A stretch of 64,000 bases of DNA from Anaerolineaceae bacterium (GCA_038562455.1 JBCFBD010000007.1:405-64404), one strand, 5' to 3'. Numbered from the stretch's first letter, positions 24,142-33,841 are shown. Notes: a model not told the origin generated them from the sequence alone. Numbers and translations are program-made.

Positions 24142-26619
24142 TCATTCGCGCATTGAGAATTCATGAAAAGCGCGGGATGCGATCTCCCTTAATGGATTGT
24201 CGATCGCGACCAGGTGTTTAATCTTTGAAACAACTGTTGTATTCGGGCGCACGAGCAGATATTGCAGCGCCATCAGGGATTCGGCAATTTTCTCACTTTC
24301 CAATATGGAAAACAATAGTTCATATGGGTAATCGTTGGCAGGGATGCCGACACCTCTTTTCACCGCTGCATTTACTAACAAGGGATTATCGACGAGCCTG
24401 ATCAGTCGCTGTGGTGTGTAAATCTCAGGAGTATATTTGTCATGGAGTGCTTGCGCTGCGGCATCACGGAGTATCCATGCTGAGTCGGTACGGCTAATTT
24501 CGTCAAGCATAGTGGTCGCCCATTTGTCAACAGTCAAGCGCAAGCCATAAATTGAAAATCTGCGCAGCGTGGCATTTTCCTGGTGCGCCAATTGACGAAT
24601 CAACTGATGCCCGGTATTTGGATATTGAGAACTCAATTCAGAGATGATACGACCGTAACGCTCAGGATCTGACTCGATCACCTCAAGAAGCAGTTGAGCT
24701 GCCCGGGGGTCAGATGAGATCAACAGGGAAAGAAACCCGAAAAGCGCAACTGTGACTTGCGAATCCTCCAAGATATTAATCAGGAAGGATTCATGCTGCT
24801 TTAGGGGTAAGAATGAGTAGAAGAACGCGCAAATTTTGCGGCAATCCTTGCCGGGGAGTGTTTCGAGTTTGCCTAATAACTGCGAAAATAATACGGGGTT
24901 CGCATAGTTGATAATGGTTGCGAATTTTATCTTGGATGAAAGTGGTAATTGTTCTGAGACGATATATTTGGCGAGTTTCGGGAAGGTCGTGCTGAGCGCA
25001 GCCGGTTGGGCGCGTTTTGAAAACATGTGGCTCAAAATGATGGAAAGGCTTCTCCCATCATAAGGATCAAGTGCCTCGAGCCATTTTACAACGTATTCTG
25101 AGTGCGTTGCTGATAACTTTGTTGCCTGGTCATCAATCGCAGAATGGATGAGAGTGTGAATGTCTCGCTCGGATGTATGGGTGTCGGATTGGGCGAGAAG
25201 GCGTACCAATATTGATGAGTTTGTGAATCGTAGCTGGTCTGCAGTTTGTGATAAAACGTGACACTCAATTAACCAGTTAAGCGTTTCCGTTGGACTTCCA
25301 ACCTTGGATTCTGGCAGAGTGGAGAATAAATTCTGGGCATCATGTAGACTGGAACTGAAATTCCCTTGGCTCGAGAAGAGTTGCGCGAGTCGAGTCAGGT
25401 AATTGTAAGGGATTTTGTCTTCAGTCTTTCTCTGCAGGTAGGGTACGATAGTTTGACTACCGGGTATGTAATCCCGGAACAATACTGACATGACAGTGAA
25501 AGTGAAATCGGCATAAGTTGGGTGGACATTGTCCTGGTTCATCCATAAGGTGATCAGGTCGATTACCTGAGAACCGCTTGGTCCGGCAGCGAACGAGGGA
25601 TTGACACTCTGCCATACCTTGAGCCATGCAGAGAGGCCTTGCCGAAATTCATTTTGACCGGGAGGGATGATTGGCAGAATCGAGAAGCCAGCTGCGTCCA
25701 ACCTTCCTGAATAGTAAGGTCCGCATGTAGTGACCATCAACACTCGCGGGTTTTCTTTATGCAGCCGTTGGAGCAATGTAACAGCCAAGTTGAATTCTGC
25801 CTGACGCAATTCATCCAAACCGTCAACAAGAAGCAGTAACTGAGATTGGCCGAGGTTCTCAGAAAGCGATTTAGCGATTTCAGGAGGAGGGAAGTCAAGT
25901 CCCTCGTCATAAAGGCAGCGGGAAAGGCAATCTAAAAGAGGTAAGTTACTATAAGGCGATAAATGGGTAATATGGAAAAAGAGCGGCAGGTAATCATTCA
26001 AGTTGGTGTCGGCACAGCGTTTTTCAAGTACTTCAGAGGCTAAGTTGGCAAGGCAGGTGGTTTTTCCTGCACCGATCCCGCCTGAGAGAGCTATATTGCG
26101 ACGACCGGATAGTGCTTGAGAGAGTGTAAGTTTTGGCAGGGGAAGTTCACAGGCTAATTCTGGAACATCCATAACCGATAACGCTTCCAGGAAGAAAATT
26201 GGCTCTTCCTCAGGGAGTATTGCGACGTTGGCATGCAAAGGATGACTATAAAGAAACTGAGGAACATAAATATCATTCAGGCTGCAAAGTTCTGGCCCCA
26301 GATGTTGCATTTGCACTTTCTTGAGCATGTGCTTGCGTAATAAAGTAAACGTGTCTGAGGAATCCATTTTCTGTATTTTTTGAATCTGATTTGCCGGTTT
26401 GAGCTTTTTTATCAATACAGGAATATATTTAATTAATAGTACTGTAACTACGATACCTAGAATAATTCCTAATATGATTGAGAGCAGGTCAACTGTATTT
26501 GTCAAGGCGGTTTTCTCGATCAATCTGCGTAGAGTATCCTGCCACACGAAGGGCAGAAGAACAACACTGATGGGGATTTTGCAAATTGGCATTGTGAGGG
26601 GGTGAGGCTGGTGCCGCAT
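24142..26619 (-). CDS. Membrane-anchored NACHT/STAND-type P-loop NTPase with C-terminal HEAT-like repeats
   Basis: One N-terminal TM. Walker A is GGIGAGKTT and Walker B is LLLLVDGLDEL. The helical repeat tail includes ATLRRFSIYGL and ILRDAAAQAL. The start is uncertain; a TTG at about 26523 overlapping the upstream TGA is an alternative. Confidence 0.6.
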   Translation of the reverse strand: MRHQPHPLTMPICKIPISVVLLPFVWQDTLRRLIEKTALTNTVDLLSIILGIILGIVVTVLLIKYIPVLIKKLKPANQIQKIQKMDSSDTFTLLRKHMLKKVQMQHLGPELCSLNDIYVPQFLYSHPLHANVAILPEEEPIFFLEALSVMDVPELACELPLPKLTLSQALSGRRNIALSGGIGAGKTTCLANLASEVLEKRCADTNLNDYLPLFFHITHLSPYSNLPLLDCLSRCLYDEGLDFPPPEIAKSLSENLGQSQLLLLVDGLDELRQAEFNLAVTLLQRLHKENPRVLMVTTCGPYYSGRLDAAGFSILPIIPPGQNEFRQGLSAWLKVWQSVNPSFAAGPSGSQVIDLITLWMNQDNVHPTYADFTFTVMSVLFRDYIPGSQTIVPYLQRKTEDKIPYNYLTRLAQLFSSQGNFSSSLHDAQNLFSTLPESKVGSPTETLNWLIECHVLSQTADQLRFTNSSILVRLLAQSDTHTSERDIHTLIHSAIDDQATKLSATHSEYVVKWLEALDPYDGRSLSIILSHMFSKRAQPAALSTTFPKLAKYIVSEQLPLSSKIKFATIINYANPVLFSQLLGKLETLPGKDCRKICAFFYSFLPLKQHESFLINILEDSQVTVALFGFLSLLISSDPRAAQLLLEVIESDPERYGRIISELSSQYPNTGHQLIRQLAHQENATLRRFSIYGLRLTVDKWATTMLDEISRTDSAWILRDAAAQALHDKYTPEIYTPQRLIRLVDNPLLVNAAVKRGVGIPANDYPYELLFSILESEKIAESLMALQYLLVRPNTTVVSKIKHLVAIDNPLREIASRAFHEFSMRE

Positions 26620-27224
26620 AAGGTGCAGGTTTGGTCATCCACTTTACCAACCGCCACCCCACCTTTACGTGAACGAAGGTCTTCGTATTGCTGAAGTATC
26701 GGTTCTGGAACCTGGATAGCAAGCAATTTATGCTCTGTGACCAGCCTGGTTTTTTCTTGTACGAGCGCATCGGCTTGAGCAGTTAGATCAATGTTGGCTT
26801 GCTGGTTAACCTCTTTTGCTTGTTCAACTTTTTGTTCAAATGAGTGCCAGATCATTTCTTTTTCCTCCACTTCGAGCATGGAGTTCATTTGCTCCTCTTC
26901 CATCAAGGCAATGGCAGCCTTAATAGACGCAATCTCCTTTTGCAGATCCTGAAGTTCTTTCGGGTTTTTGATCATCCCTCCATACAGGGCGGATTCAGAT
27001 TGTTCCAATTTATTACGCCGGTCGAGGATTCGTAATTCGATAGTTTGAAGTGCAGATGACGCAATATCAAGCTCACGCTTAGCTGCTTCAAGTTTGGAGC
27101 GCACCGCAATCAATACGGGATCATTCTCCAATAAGCGGGAAATCTCTTTTGTCCGGCTGTCAATCGCAGCCAGCCTGGAATCGATTTTCTGTAGTTGATA
27201 TAAGTGAAATGGCGTATTCATCAC
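26520..27224 (-). CDS. COG1579/DUF164 coiled-coil protein with a C4 zinc ribbon
   Basis: 234 aa with a long coiled coil, then CTLCG...CPSCGRILY. Confidence 0.75.
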   Translation of the reverse strand: MMNTPFHLYQLQKIDSRLAAIDSRTKEISRLLENDPVLIAVRSKLEAAKRELDIASSALQTIELRILDRRNKLEQSESALYGGMIKNPKELQDLQKEIASIKAAIALMEEEQMNSMLEVEEKEMIWHSFEQKVEQAKEVNQQANIDLTAQADALVQEKTRLVTEHKLLAIQVPEPILQQYEDLRSRKGGVAVGKVDDQTCTLCGTSLTPSQCQFAKSPSVLFFCPSCGRILYAD

Positions 27225-27244
27225 GCATCCTCTGCATGCCTATT

Positions 27245-27277
27245 ATATATAAAAACGGGAAGGCATTCACCTTCCCG
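27245..27277 (-). terminator. Rho-independent terminator after the PHP-AlbA_2 gene
   Basis: Hairpin CGGGAAGG-6 nt-CCTTCCCG (27256-27277), followed on the minus strand by TTTTTATATAT. Confidence 0.6.
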
Positions 27278-27298
27278 GGGGCAACGAATTACAGGAGT

Positions 27299-29050
27299 TT
27301 ATTCCACCAGGTCTTCATCGCGTAAGAAGGTTTTCCAGACGCCGTGGATGCCATCGACGGTGACGCCAAAGAAATATCGATCTCCCTCGGGCGTGCGCAG
27401 GATCAGGTCATACAGGTGATTCTTGCCCTGTTGGTATTGCCTGATCAGACCATAATCACCGTGCCAGGTTATGCCAATCGTATCAATTTGCGGGATGATC
27501 TCGTTGTATCGTGTGATTGCGTAGTGCCACAAGCGCCGGGCTGAAGCTACAGTTACGTTCTTTACGAGGTTGCCATTTCGTAGATCGCGCATGGTAAAAA
27601 AGCTTTTACCACCGCGCAGTACTGGGGGAATTACCTCTACACCGGTGCGCGGAGCCACATTTTCATCGGCACTCTCTTCACTGCTGGGCAGGGGTGGCGG
27701 GAGATTCGGCTCAACCTGTGGAACCGGTGCAACAGAAGTGGCTGAACTTCTCAACACGAGCGTCACAATCTCATCCCGAACAGCAAGGTTGGTTTCATCT
27801 TCATCTCGGATAAAGATCTTGTTTTCATCGAGCGCATATGGGGTCTCGTCGCCGCGCGGGATCAGGACGCGAATCACTGACACGCCCTTGTAGGTTTGGG
27901 TGTCGAGTGTAAGGTGGACAGGCGGACTGATTCGGTTCTGTACCTCTTTTTCAAGCTGCTTGATGGCTTGATCAGGGGTATTAATCCCTGTTGGTGGTTT
28001 CTGCACATCTGCAGAAAGACCGATAAAGAGTGTGCCGCCATTGGTATTGGAGAACGCACAAATATCAGCGAGGACTCCATAGAGATTGCCGCCTCTTACG
28101 TTGAGATTTTCATGAAAATCCTGAATAATGTTCCTGCCCTCATCACGGGCAGTTTGGATGAAGTCAACTGCGGGTTCCTGCGTCTGGCGATGGGGCTTGG
28201 TCCGCGAAAAGTCGTTGGATTGAAACAATTCATACAACGCATCGAAGCTGAGCTCATCCAGCAGGACATCAGTTGTACGATCACCAACGCCTGGATTCTT
28301 CTTTCTAACCGGGTCAGTGGACAATCGGTGGCTGTCTGAACCCTGGATACAATGCATGCGTCTTGGATATTCAGGCTTAGTACCGTTGAAAAATGCCGCC
28401 GTAGTGCGTGGTCCTTTCTGTTCGAGGTCGGTGACTTCAAGGGCGTGCAGCTGTTTATCCTGGGTGTATGCGATGCGAGTTTGTCCGCCAAAGTTAATAC
28501 CGCGCATGGCTACGCCGTTACTCGAGTTGGCGTGTGCAGCTATGACAATACCGCCGGCATCGTGGATGATCTTGTAAGCAGACAGAACATCCACAGAAGC
28601 GCCGATGGCAGGGTTGCCTTCTTCAAGGCTGCCAGCTGGAATGCCCAAATTGATAAGAACGTGTTCGATTTCACGTACAGTTTTTTCAGGAGAAAACAGA
28701 CCGATAATATGAAAACCAAAAGTAGCAGTAAATTCAATACCGGGTAAGACTAAAATCTTTTTCAATAACCGGCGATATTCGTCCAGGCGGGTCTTTTCTT
28801 CAGGCAGCAGGCGGCCCAACTTTTCCAGCATCTCCAACTGGTCGATATTCTCTCGCAGGCGTCGGTAACCCGCGACTGTATTGTGATCGGTGAAAGCGAT
28901 AATATCCAATCCCCGAGATTCGGCTTTGCGCAGGATATCCAGGTTGGTGACATCCGGTTGTTGAAAATCCAACGAAGCCGGCGTGTGCAGGTGAATATCC
29001 ATTGTGTACCATTGTCGTTGGGTTTTCTTGTGAAAATTTTTTGATCTCAT
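27299..29050 (-). CDS. PHP-domain phosphoesterase fused to an AlbA_2 (Schlafen-like) domain and an unknown C-terminal domain
   Basis: PHP motifs: DIHLHTP, FTDHN, IAAHAN, GSDSH. AlbA_2-like segment: ICAFSNTNGGTLFIGL...VIRVLIPRG...IFIRDEDET. Start trimmed to ATG 29050 (or 29002) because the longer ORF runs into the tRNA. Confidence 0.6.
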   Translation of the reverse strand: MRSKNFHKKTQRQWYTMDIHLHTPASLDFQQPDVTNLDILRKAESRGLDIIAFTDHNTVAGYRRLRENIDQLEMLEKLGRLLPEEKTRLDEYRRLLKKILVLPGIEFTATFGFHIIGLFSPEKTVREIEHVLINLGIPAGSLEEGNPAIGASVDVLSAYKIIHDAGGIVIAAHANSSNGVAMRGINFGGQTRIAYTQDKQLHALEVTDLEQKGPRTTAAFFNGTKPEYPRRMHCIQGSDSHRLSTDPVRKKNPGVGDRTTDVLLDELSFDALYELFQSNDFSRTKPHRQTQEPAVDFIQTARDEGRNIIQDFHENLNVRGGNLYGVLADICAFSNTNGGTLFIGLSADVQKPPTGINTPDQAIKQLEKEVQNRISPPVHLTLDTQTYKGVSVIRVLIPRGDETPYALDENKIFIRDEDETNLAVRDEIVTLVLRSSATSVAPVPQVEPNLPPPLPSSEESADENVAPRTGVEVIPPVLRGGKSFFTMRDLRNGNLVKNVTVASARRLWHYAITRYNEIIPQIDTIGITWHGDYGLIRQYQQGKNHLYDLILRTPEGDRYFFGVTVDGIHGVWKTFLRDEDLVE

Positions 29051-29086
29051 AGATACAACTTTCTCTAACAAATGCTTAAATGCCAG

Positions 29087-29159
29087 CGCCCTCGGTGGGA
29101 GTCGAACCCACAACCATCGGATTAGAAGTCCGGTGCTCTGTCCATTGAGCTACGAGGGC
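29087..29159 (-). tRNA. tRNA-Arg (anticodon TCT)
   Basis: Reverse complement: acceptor GCCCTCG/CGAGGGC, anticodon loop CTTCTAA, T-arm GTGGG-TTCGACT-CCCAC. No CCA is encoded. Confidence 0.9.
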
Positions 29160-29165
29160 TGAACT

Positions 29166-29597
29166 TTAGCGACAGGGGCGGATCCCTTTGTATACGTTCG
29201 GGCTGGAAATAGTGCGAAGGATCGTCTCTGCAGGCCTGCCAATTTTATCAGACAAATCCATAGGGCTCAAAGGCGTGTTGCCATTGGCGAGGAAAACCCT
29301 GAAAATCGCATCCACTAATGCAGTCTGTTCAGTGTAAAAACCTTCCAACCTGGCGCAATGGTCCATTAATGTGGATTGAAGACCGTCCAAATTGTGGACC
29401 TCGGCGGTTTCGGGGTCAACCCAGTCGATCATCGTTCGTATTTCAGCGCCTGAAAATGCAGCCTGGTGCTCTGGACAAAGATAACTCAACAGGAATACGC
29501 GCCAGTTGGCGTCGTGATCTTTCCACCAATCAAAATCGATGTGATATGAGGTGCGTAAACCTGGTTTCACAAAACTAAATTTTTGGCCGTCGGTCAT
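29166..29597 (-). CDS. Hypothetical protein (143 aa)
   Basis: 4-nt ATGA overlap with the upstream 521-aa gene. No family recognised. Confidence 0.55.
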   Translation of the reverse strand: MTDGQKFSFVKPGLRTSYHIDFDWWKDHDANWRVFLLSYLCPEHQAAFSGAEIRTMIDWVDPETAEVHNLDGLQSTLMDHCARLEGFYTEQTALVDAIFRVFLANGNTPLSPMDLSDKIGRPAETILRTISSPNVYKGIRPCR

Positions 29598-31159
29598 GAG
29601 GACGAAGTCTCCTCTAATTTGAAGTAGAGGTCACCGAGGTGTTTTGCCCAGGGTTGTGTGTACAGGATTGAAAGAACCTGGCTGGTGGAAACTCGCCGGA
29701 CGACATTCACCGCTGCGTACAATTCCTGCGCGTGGATCTGGTTCTGCAGGTTAAGTTTGCCCATTTCACGCATCACCGTCTGCACTACTTTTTCGACGGG
29801 TTGTTTCGCCCGTGAGGAACTTGTCCAAATGCTGTCGATAGCGTTGACATCGGGAATCATGATCGCCATACGATCATCGAAGGTGCAACTGATCACCTGT
29901 TTGAGCAGGGCGAAAACAATTCCGCCATCCGTGCCTACCAGGACGGTTTTGATCCAATCGCGAGAATTCTTGCTTTTTTGTGTTTGGATGATCACTTCAC
30001 CGGATTCTTTTCCGCGGCGGACTGTGATATTACTGCCAGGAATGGCACCCTGTTGTTCGTACCATTCCCTTAATCCAAACACGTACTTATTCGGCCTCAC
30101 CACCCAACCGGAGAACTTTTCCTGGCTGTTGCCATCAGAAAAGTTAAATTTGACACGGGGAGTTTCGTGAGCAGTAGGAAAGATGCCTTTGACCCTGTTT
30201 GTGAGCGGAAGGGTTCCCGCCCGCCAATGCGGATAAGAAAGGCTGATTATTGCCTCATCTGTTAACGCAGAATCAACCTCGTCCTCCTCCAACTCGTCAA
30301 ACACCAACCGATTTAACTCATCCAGGCCTGCCAGCTCTGCATGGGATTCCGGTAATTTTCCTGAAAAGACAAGGGGCATGGGAGGTTTTTGTACTTCCAT
30401 CGGTTCAAGCCGCTTCAGAAACCATAATGTTATACCGGATGGTCCTACTTCATCAAACCGGCCATCTTTTTCGAGGGCATAATTCAGCGAAAATTCAGTT
30501 AAATATTCATTGTTGCTGGTAGGTAATTCAATTTGCTCGATCAATTCTTTGGTTGAAAGCGGACCGCCATTGGCCATCTCAAGCACTGCTTCGCATAAAT
30601 TCAGGTGACCAATGCTGATGTCGAACAACAGGGCACGAGGGAAGTAATGTCTCGCAATGCAAACCAGGTCATTGCTGGTGGCGCAGCTTTCAGCAACAGA
30701 TTCAACGAGCCGTGTGCCGAATTTCTCAAAAACAAAATCCGCGTCCAGAAGGTCATCTTTTTTCACGGGAACGGGATGGTTGAGTTTATGGTCTTTAATG
30801 TTAGCTGCAAAAGAAGCTGAAGCGCCAGATTCGAAATCCACATCGATCACCTGCAGTTCGGCATAATCCGGGTTAAACCCTGAGCGTATGGCACGTACTT
30901 TCCCCACCTCATTTGATCGGGTTGGAAACACCAACACATCGCCTTTTGAATACTGTTTTTCGGGCAAATAGAGTGTCCCCAATGCCAACTGCTGGGATTT
31001 GAGTTTTTCTTCTTGGGCAGTGATTGCTTTACCGATTATGAATTTGGTGATTTCAAACTTGTCGAGGGGGGTTTCAGTTTCTAATAGAAAATTATAAATA
31101 TCTTCCAACTCTTGTTCCGTCAACGTGTAGGAGAACCAAAAATCTTCGTTAATTGTCAT
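29594..31159 (-). CDS. Hypothetical protein (521 aa)
   Basis: Long ORF in the sense orientation of the operon. A possible winged-helix-like segment is LCEAVLEMANGGPLSTKELIEQI. No family recognised. Confidence 0.6.
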   Translation of the reverse strand: MTINEDFWFSYTLTEQELEDIYNFLLETETPLDKFEITKFIIGKAITAQEEKLKSQQLALGTLYLPEKQYSKGDVLVFPTRSNEVGKVRAIRSGFNPDYAELQVIDVDFESGASASFAANIKDHKLNHPVPVKKDDLLDADFVFEKFGTRLVESVAESCATSNDLVCIARHYFPRALLFDISIGHLNLCEAVLEMANGGPLSTKELIEQIELPTSNNEYLTEFSLNYALEKDGRFDEVGPSGITLWFLKRLEPMEVQKPPMPLVFSGKLPESHAELAGLDELNRLVFDELEEDEVDSALTDEAIISLSYPHWRAGTLPLTNRVKGIFPTAHETPRVKFNFSDGNSQEKFSGWVVRPNKYVFGLREWYEQQGAIPGSNITVRRGKESGEVIIQTQKSKNSRDWIKTVLVGTDGGIVFALLKQVISCTFDDRMAIMIPDVNAIDSIWTSSSRAKQPVEKVVQTVMREMGKLNLQNQIHAQELYAAVNVVRRVSTSQVLSILYTQPWAKHLGDLYFKLEETSSS

Positions 31160-31219
31160 ACCTTTTTACCATTTTATTCAATAGATTAACTCATTCATTA
31201 TACCTTAGGTATTTGTAAA

Positions 31220-32629
31220 TTACGGGTATTCAAAACTCAACCAATCAAGTGGATCAACCTGGACGCCATTCACCCATACTTCCCAATGTAAATGTGCGCC
31301 TGCGCCTTCATAGTCACCCGCTCCGTTCACCCTGCCGGTATTCCCGACTGTGCCGATCTGTTGCCCAGCTGCAATGTGGTCTCCCTCCTTAACCAGGAGG
31401 GTCTGCTGATGGAAGAACCCGCTGAACACTCCCCAGCCATGGTCAATAAAGACCGTGTTACCCCGCACAGAAAGTGGACCTGCAAATACCACCTGACCAG
31501 CAGCCGGCGCTACGATCGGCAATGTCATTCCTCCGGCGAAATCCACCCCGGTATGAAAGTAGACGGTTGGATCATCATTATATTTTCTTCGAGTTCCAAA
31601 TAACGAGTTGTACTCCTGGTAATAAGCAGGGCTTAAGAAGATTCCGTCCCAGTACCTGTTTTTGGAAGCAGTGGAGACTAGCGACTGTATCAATTCATTT
31701 TCAGGACCAGTGATGGAGGGGTCAATGGTGGATGGATTGACATTAAGCGGAGGGTCGTCTTCAAATATACCCGGTTCAACCAAAACAGATTGTGAGAAAG
31801 TCTGGCTGGTACCATCTCTATGCATGGCAGTAAGGCTGAATGTGATCAGACCGGGCTGCTGGAGGGCATGAATCCCTTGCAGTGCATAAAATTCACCATC
31901 AGCAACGCTGAAAAACCGAAGGGGGCGTTCGCCAATAAACCCGCTCAGGGTGACGTCCTGGTCAGTCAATACTGAGATCACTTCTGTCGCTCCTTGGACA
32001 AGAGGAAGGGGAGCGAAGGTCACTTCACCCATTTGATGTGCGAATAGATCAATAGCTGGGTTTTGTGAATTTTCTCGCGAAAAAACCACAGTACCGGGCA
32101 GGTATTCATGAGAATGTGAGTACTGGTTTTGTAGCATCAAGGTACGTGGGTTTGCCTGGAGTCTGGCGGATATCTCGAGACTGGTTTGCGCTTCAGTTGT
32201 GATTGCCGCTGGAGTAAGGGGTTCTGATCCGATGGGAAGCAGTAGGATCAACTCGGATCCGGCGTAAACACTTGCCGGGGAGAGAAGATTATTAATTTCC
32301 AGGATTTGCTCGCGGGTGACCTGGTACTTCGCAGGTAAATTTCCGAAAGTTTCTCCGAGGTTGGTGGTTATGATGGTTAAAATCCCACTGAGACCTGGAT
32401 AACTGGGAATGAGGATTACCTGCCCTGGAGAGATCATATCGACATCGCCGAGGTTGTTGACCTGGGCGATGTCATCGATCGTAGTATCGAACAGGTCGGC
32501 AATGTACCCGAGCGAATCACCAGGCTGGATTACGTAAGAAGGATAGCTGGATTGAGCCTGGGCTGAAGGAACTGTTGTGGAAAAAAACAACAGGATTGCG
32601 ATGATGATCGGAAAAAACTTACTGAACAT
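31220..32629 (-). CDS. Secreted LysM-domain M23 metallopeptidase
   Basis: Signal peptide, LysM (YVIQPGDSLGYIADLF), and M23 motifs HTGVDFAG and GAHLHWEV. Confidence 0.85.
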   Translation of the reverse strand: MFSKFFPIIIAILLFFSTTVPSAQAQSSYPSYVIQPGDSLGYIADLFDTTIDDIAQVNNLGDVDMISPGQVILIPSYPGLSGILTIITTNLGETFGNLPAKYQVTREQILEINNLLSPASVYAGSELILLLPIGSEPLTPAAITTEAQTSLEISARLQANPRTLMLQNQYSHSHEYLPGTVVFSRENSQNPAIDLFAHQMGEVTFAPLPLVQGATEVISVLTDQDVTLSGFIGERPLRFFSVADGEFYALQGIHALQQPGLITFSLTAMHRDGTSQTFSQSVLVEPGIFEDDPPLNVNPSTIDPSITGPENELIQSLVSTASKNRYWDGIFLSPAYYQEYNSLFGTRRKYNDDPTVYFHTGVDFAGGMTLPIVAPAAGQVVFAGPLSVRGNTVFIDHGWGVFSGFFHQQTLLVKEGDHIAAGQQIGTVGNTGRVNGAGDYEGAGAHLHWEVWVNGVQVDPLDWLSFEYP

Positions 32630-33002
32630 CTGATACCTCTAATGTATCACCGATTGAAAAATCCGCCAAACGGTCTGGATGGAGTTCTAAGGTATATTGA
32701 GCAGGGTCCCTGGGCGCATAGAAAGGGTGCCACTTTTTTGCCAGTGTTTTATCGACCACAATGTAATCCTTATTCAGCCAAAGTACGCTAATATCGAAGC
32801 GCATAAATAACATGTGGATTGAGGTGTTTACCCGGGATTCTGACGTTTCTTTGAAGAACAAACCGAAATCAGGATTGATCTCTTTTCTGAACATCAATCC
32901 CATCAATTTTGTTATAAACTTATCACAAACTTGTGCAGTGATTAGCACATTGGGATAGCGTGTGTTGATAATTTTGACTGATTTCATAGGATAGATTATC
33001 AT
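32619..33002 (-). CDS. DUF192 domain protein
   Basis: 127 aa. GLMFRKE...GLFF...MRFDISVLWL is present. Confidence 0.75.
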   Translation of the reverse strand: MIIYPMKSVKIINTRYPNVLITAQVCDKFITKLMGLMFRKEINPDFGLFFKETSESRVNTSIHMLFMRFDISVLWLNKDYIVVDKTLAKKWHPFYAPRDPAQYTLELHPDRLADFSIGDTLEVSDVQ

Positions 33003-33042
33003 TGTCTGGTAACTTGACTAGTTTACCATAAGGGAAACGAGA

Positions 33043-33810
33043 ATGAAGATTACAACGTGGAATGTCAATGGTTACAGGGCGGTATTGAAGAAAGAGTTCA
33101 AGAAGAGCATCGAGGAATTATCCCCTGACATTTTATGTCTGCAGGAAACCAAGGCGCGATTAGAACAACTCACTGAAGAAGATTATTATATCCCAGGGTA
33201 TCACATCATTTGGAACTCTGCGATTCGCCCGGGATACAGCGGTGTGGCTTTATATTATCGCGATAATATGAATCTTGATGACATTTCTTGCGGTTTAGGC
33301 GAAGAGGAGTTCGACGTCGAAGGCCGCACGATCAAGGTAAATTTTGGGAACACGATCCTGTTTAACAATTATTTTCCCAATGGGCAGCGCGGTCAAGATC
33401 GCGTGGATTACAAGTTGCGATACTATGCGTTTTTGCTCGAAAAATGCAAAATATTGCACGGCAATGGACAGAATATCATCATCACCGGGGATTTCAACAC
33501 TGCTCACACTGAAATTGACCTCGCAAACCCAAAGGAAAACAGTAAAACCTCCGGTTTCTTACCAGAAGAACGGGAATGGATCGATATTTATCTTAATAAT
33601 GGATTCAAGGATGCCTATCGTGAAATCTACCCTGGCAGAATACAGTACACATGGTGGACGTATCGGTTCACTGCGCGGGTGAGGAATATCGGATGGCGTT
33701 TAGATTACTTCCTGGTGTCCAATGGATTCATGGATCAAGTGGAAGATGTTATTATTCATGATGAAGTACTTGGCTCAGATCATTGTCCTGTCAGTATAAT
33801 TATTAAGTAA
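33043..33810 (+). CDS. xth: Exodeoxyribonuclease III
   Basis: 255 aa. WNVNG, LCLQETK, GDFN and SDHCPV are present. Confidence 0.9.
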   Translation: MKITTWNVNGYRAVLKKEFKKSIEELSPDILCLQETKARLEQLTEEDYYIPGYHIIWNSAIRPGYSGVALYYRDNMNLDDISCGLGEEEFDVEGRTIKVNFGNTILFNNYFPNGQRGQDRVDYKLRYYAFLLEKCKILHGNGQNIIITGDFNTAHTEIDLANPKENSKTSGFLPEEREWIDIYLNNGFKDAYREIYPGRIQYTWWTYRFTARVRNIGWRLDYFLVSNGFMDQVEDVIIHDEVLGSDHCPVSIIIK

Positions 33811-33841
33811 CTAGTCGATACTTTAGCGAAAGGGATGTTTT

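Noticed and set aside
26520-26619. 100-nt overlap between the NACHT-like gene and the COG1579 gene taken as real
   Set aside because: The evidence is not decisive either way. The long overlap is unusual, and a TTG overlapping the upstream TGA offers a coupled start. I kept the track coordinates but flagged the start as uncertain rather than proposing a functional overlap.
29051-29113. N-terminal extension of the PHP-AlbA_2 ORF
   Set aside because: The extension overlaps tRNA-Arg(TCT) at 29087-29159. Internal ATGs at 29050 or 29002 give a protein beginning near the first PHP motif.
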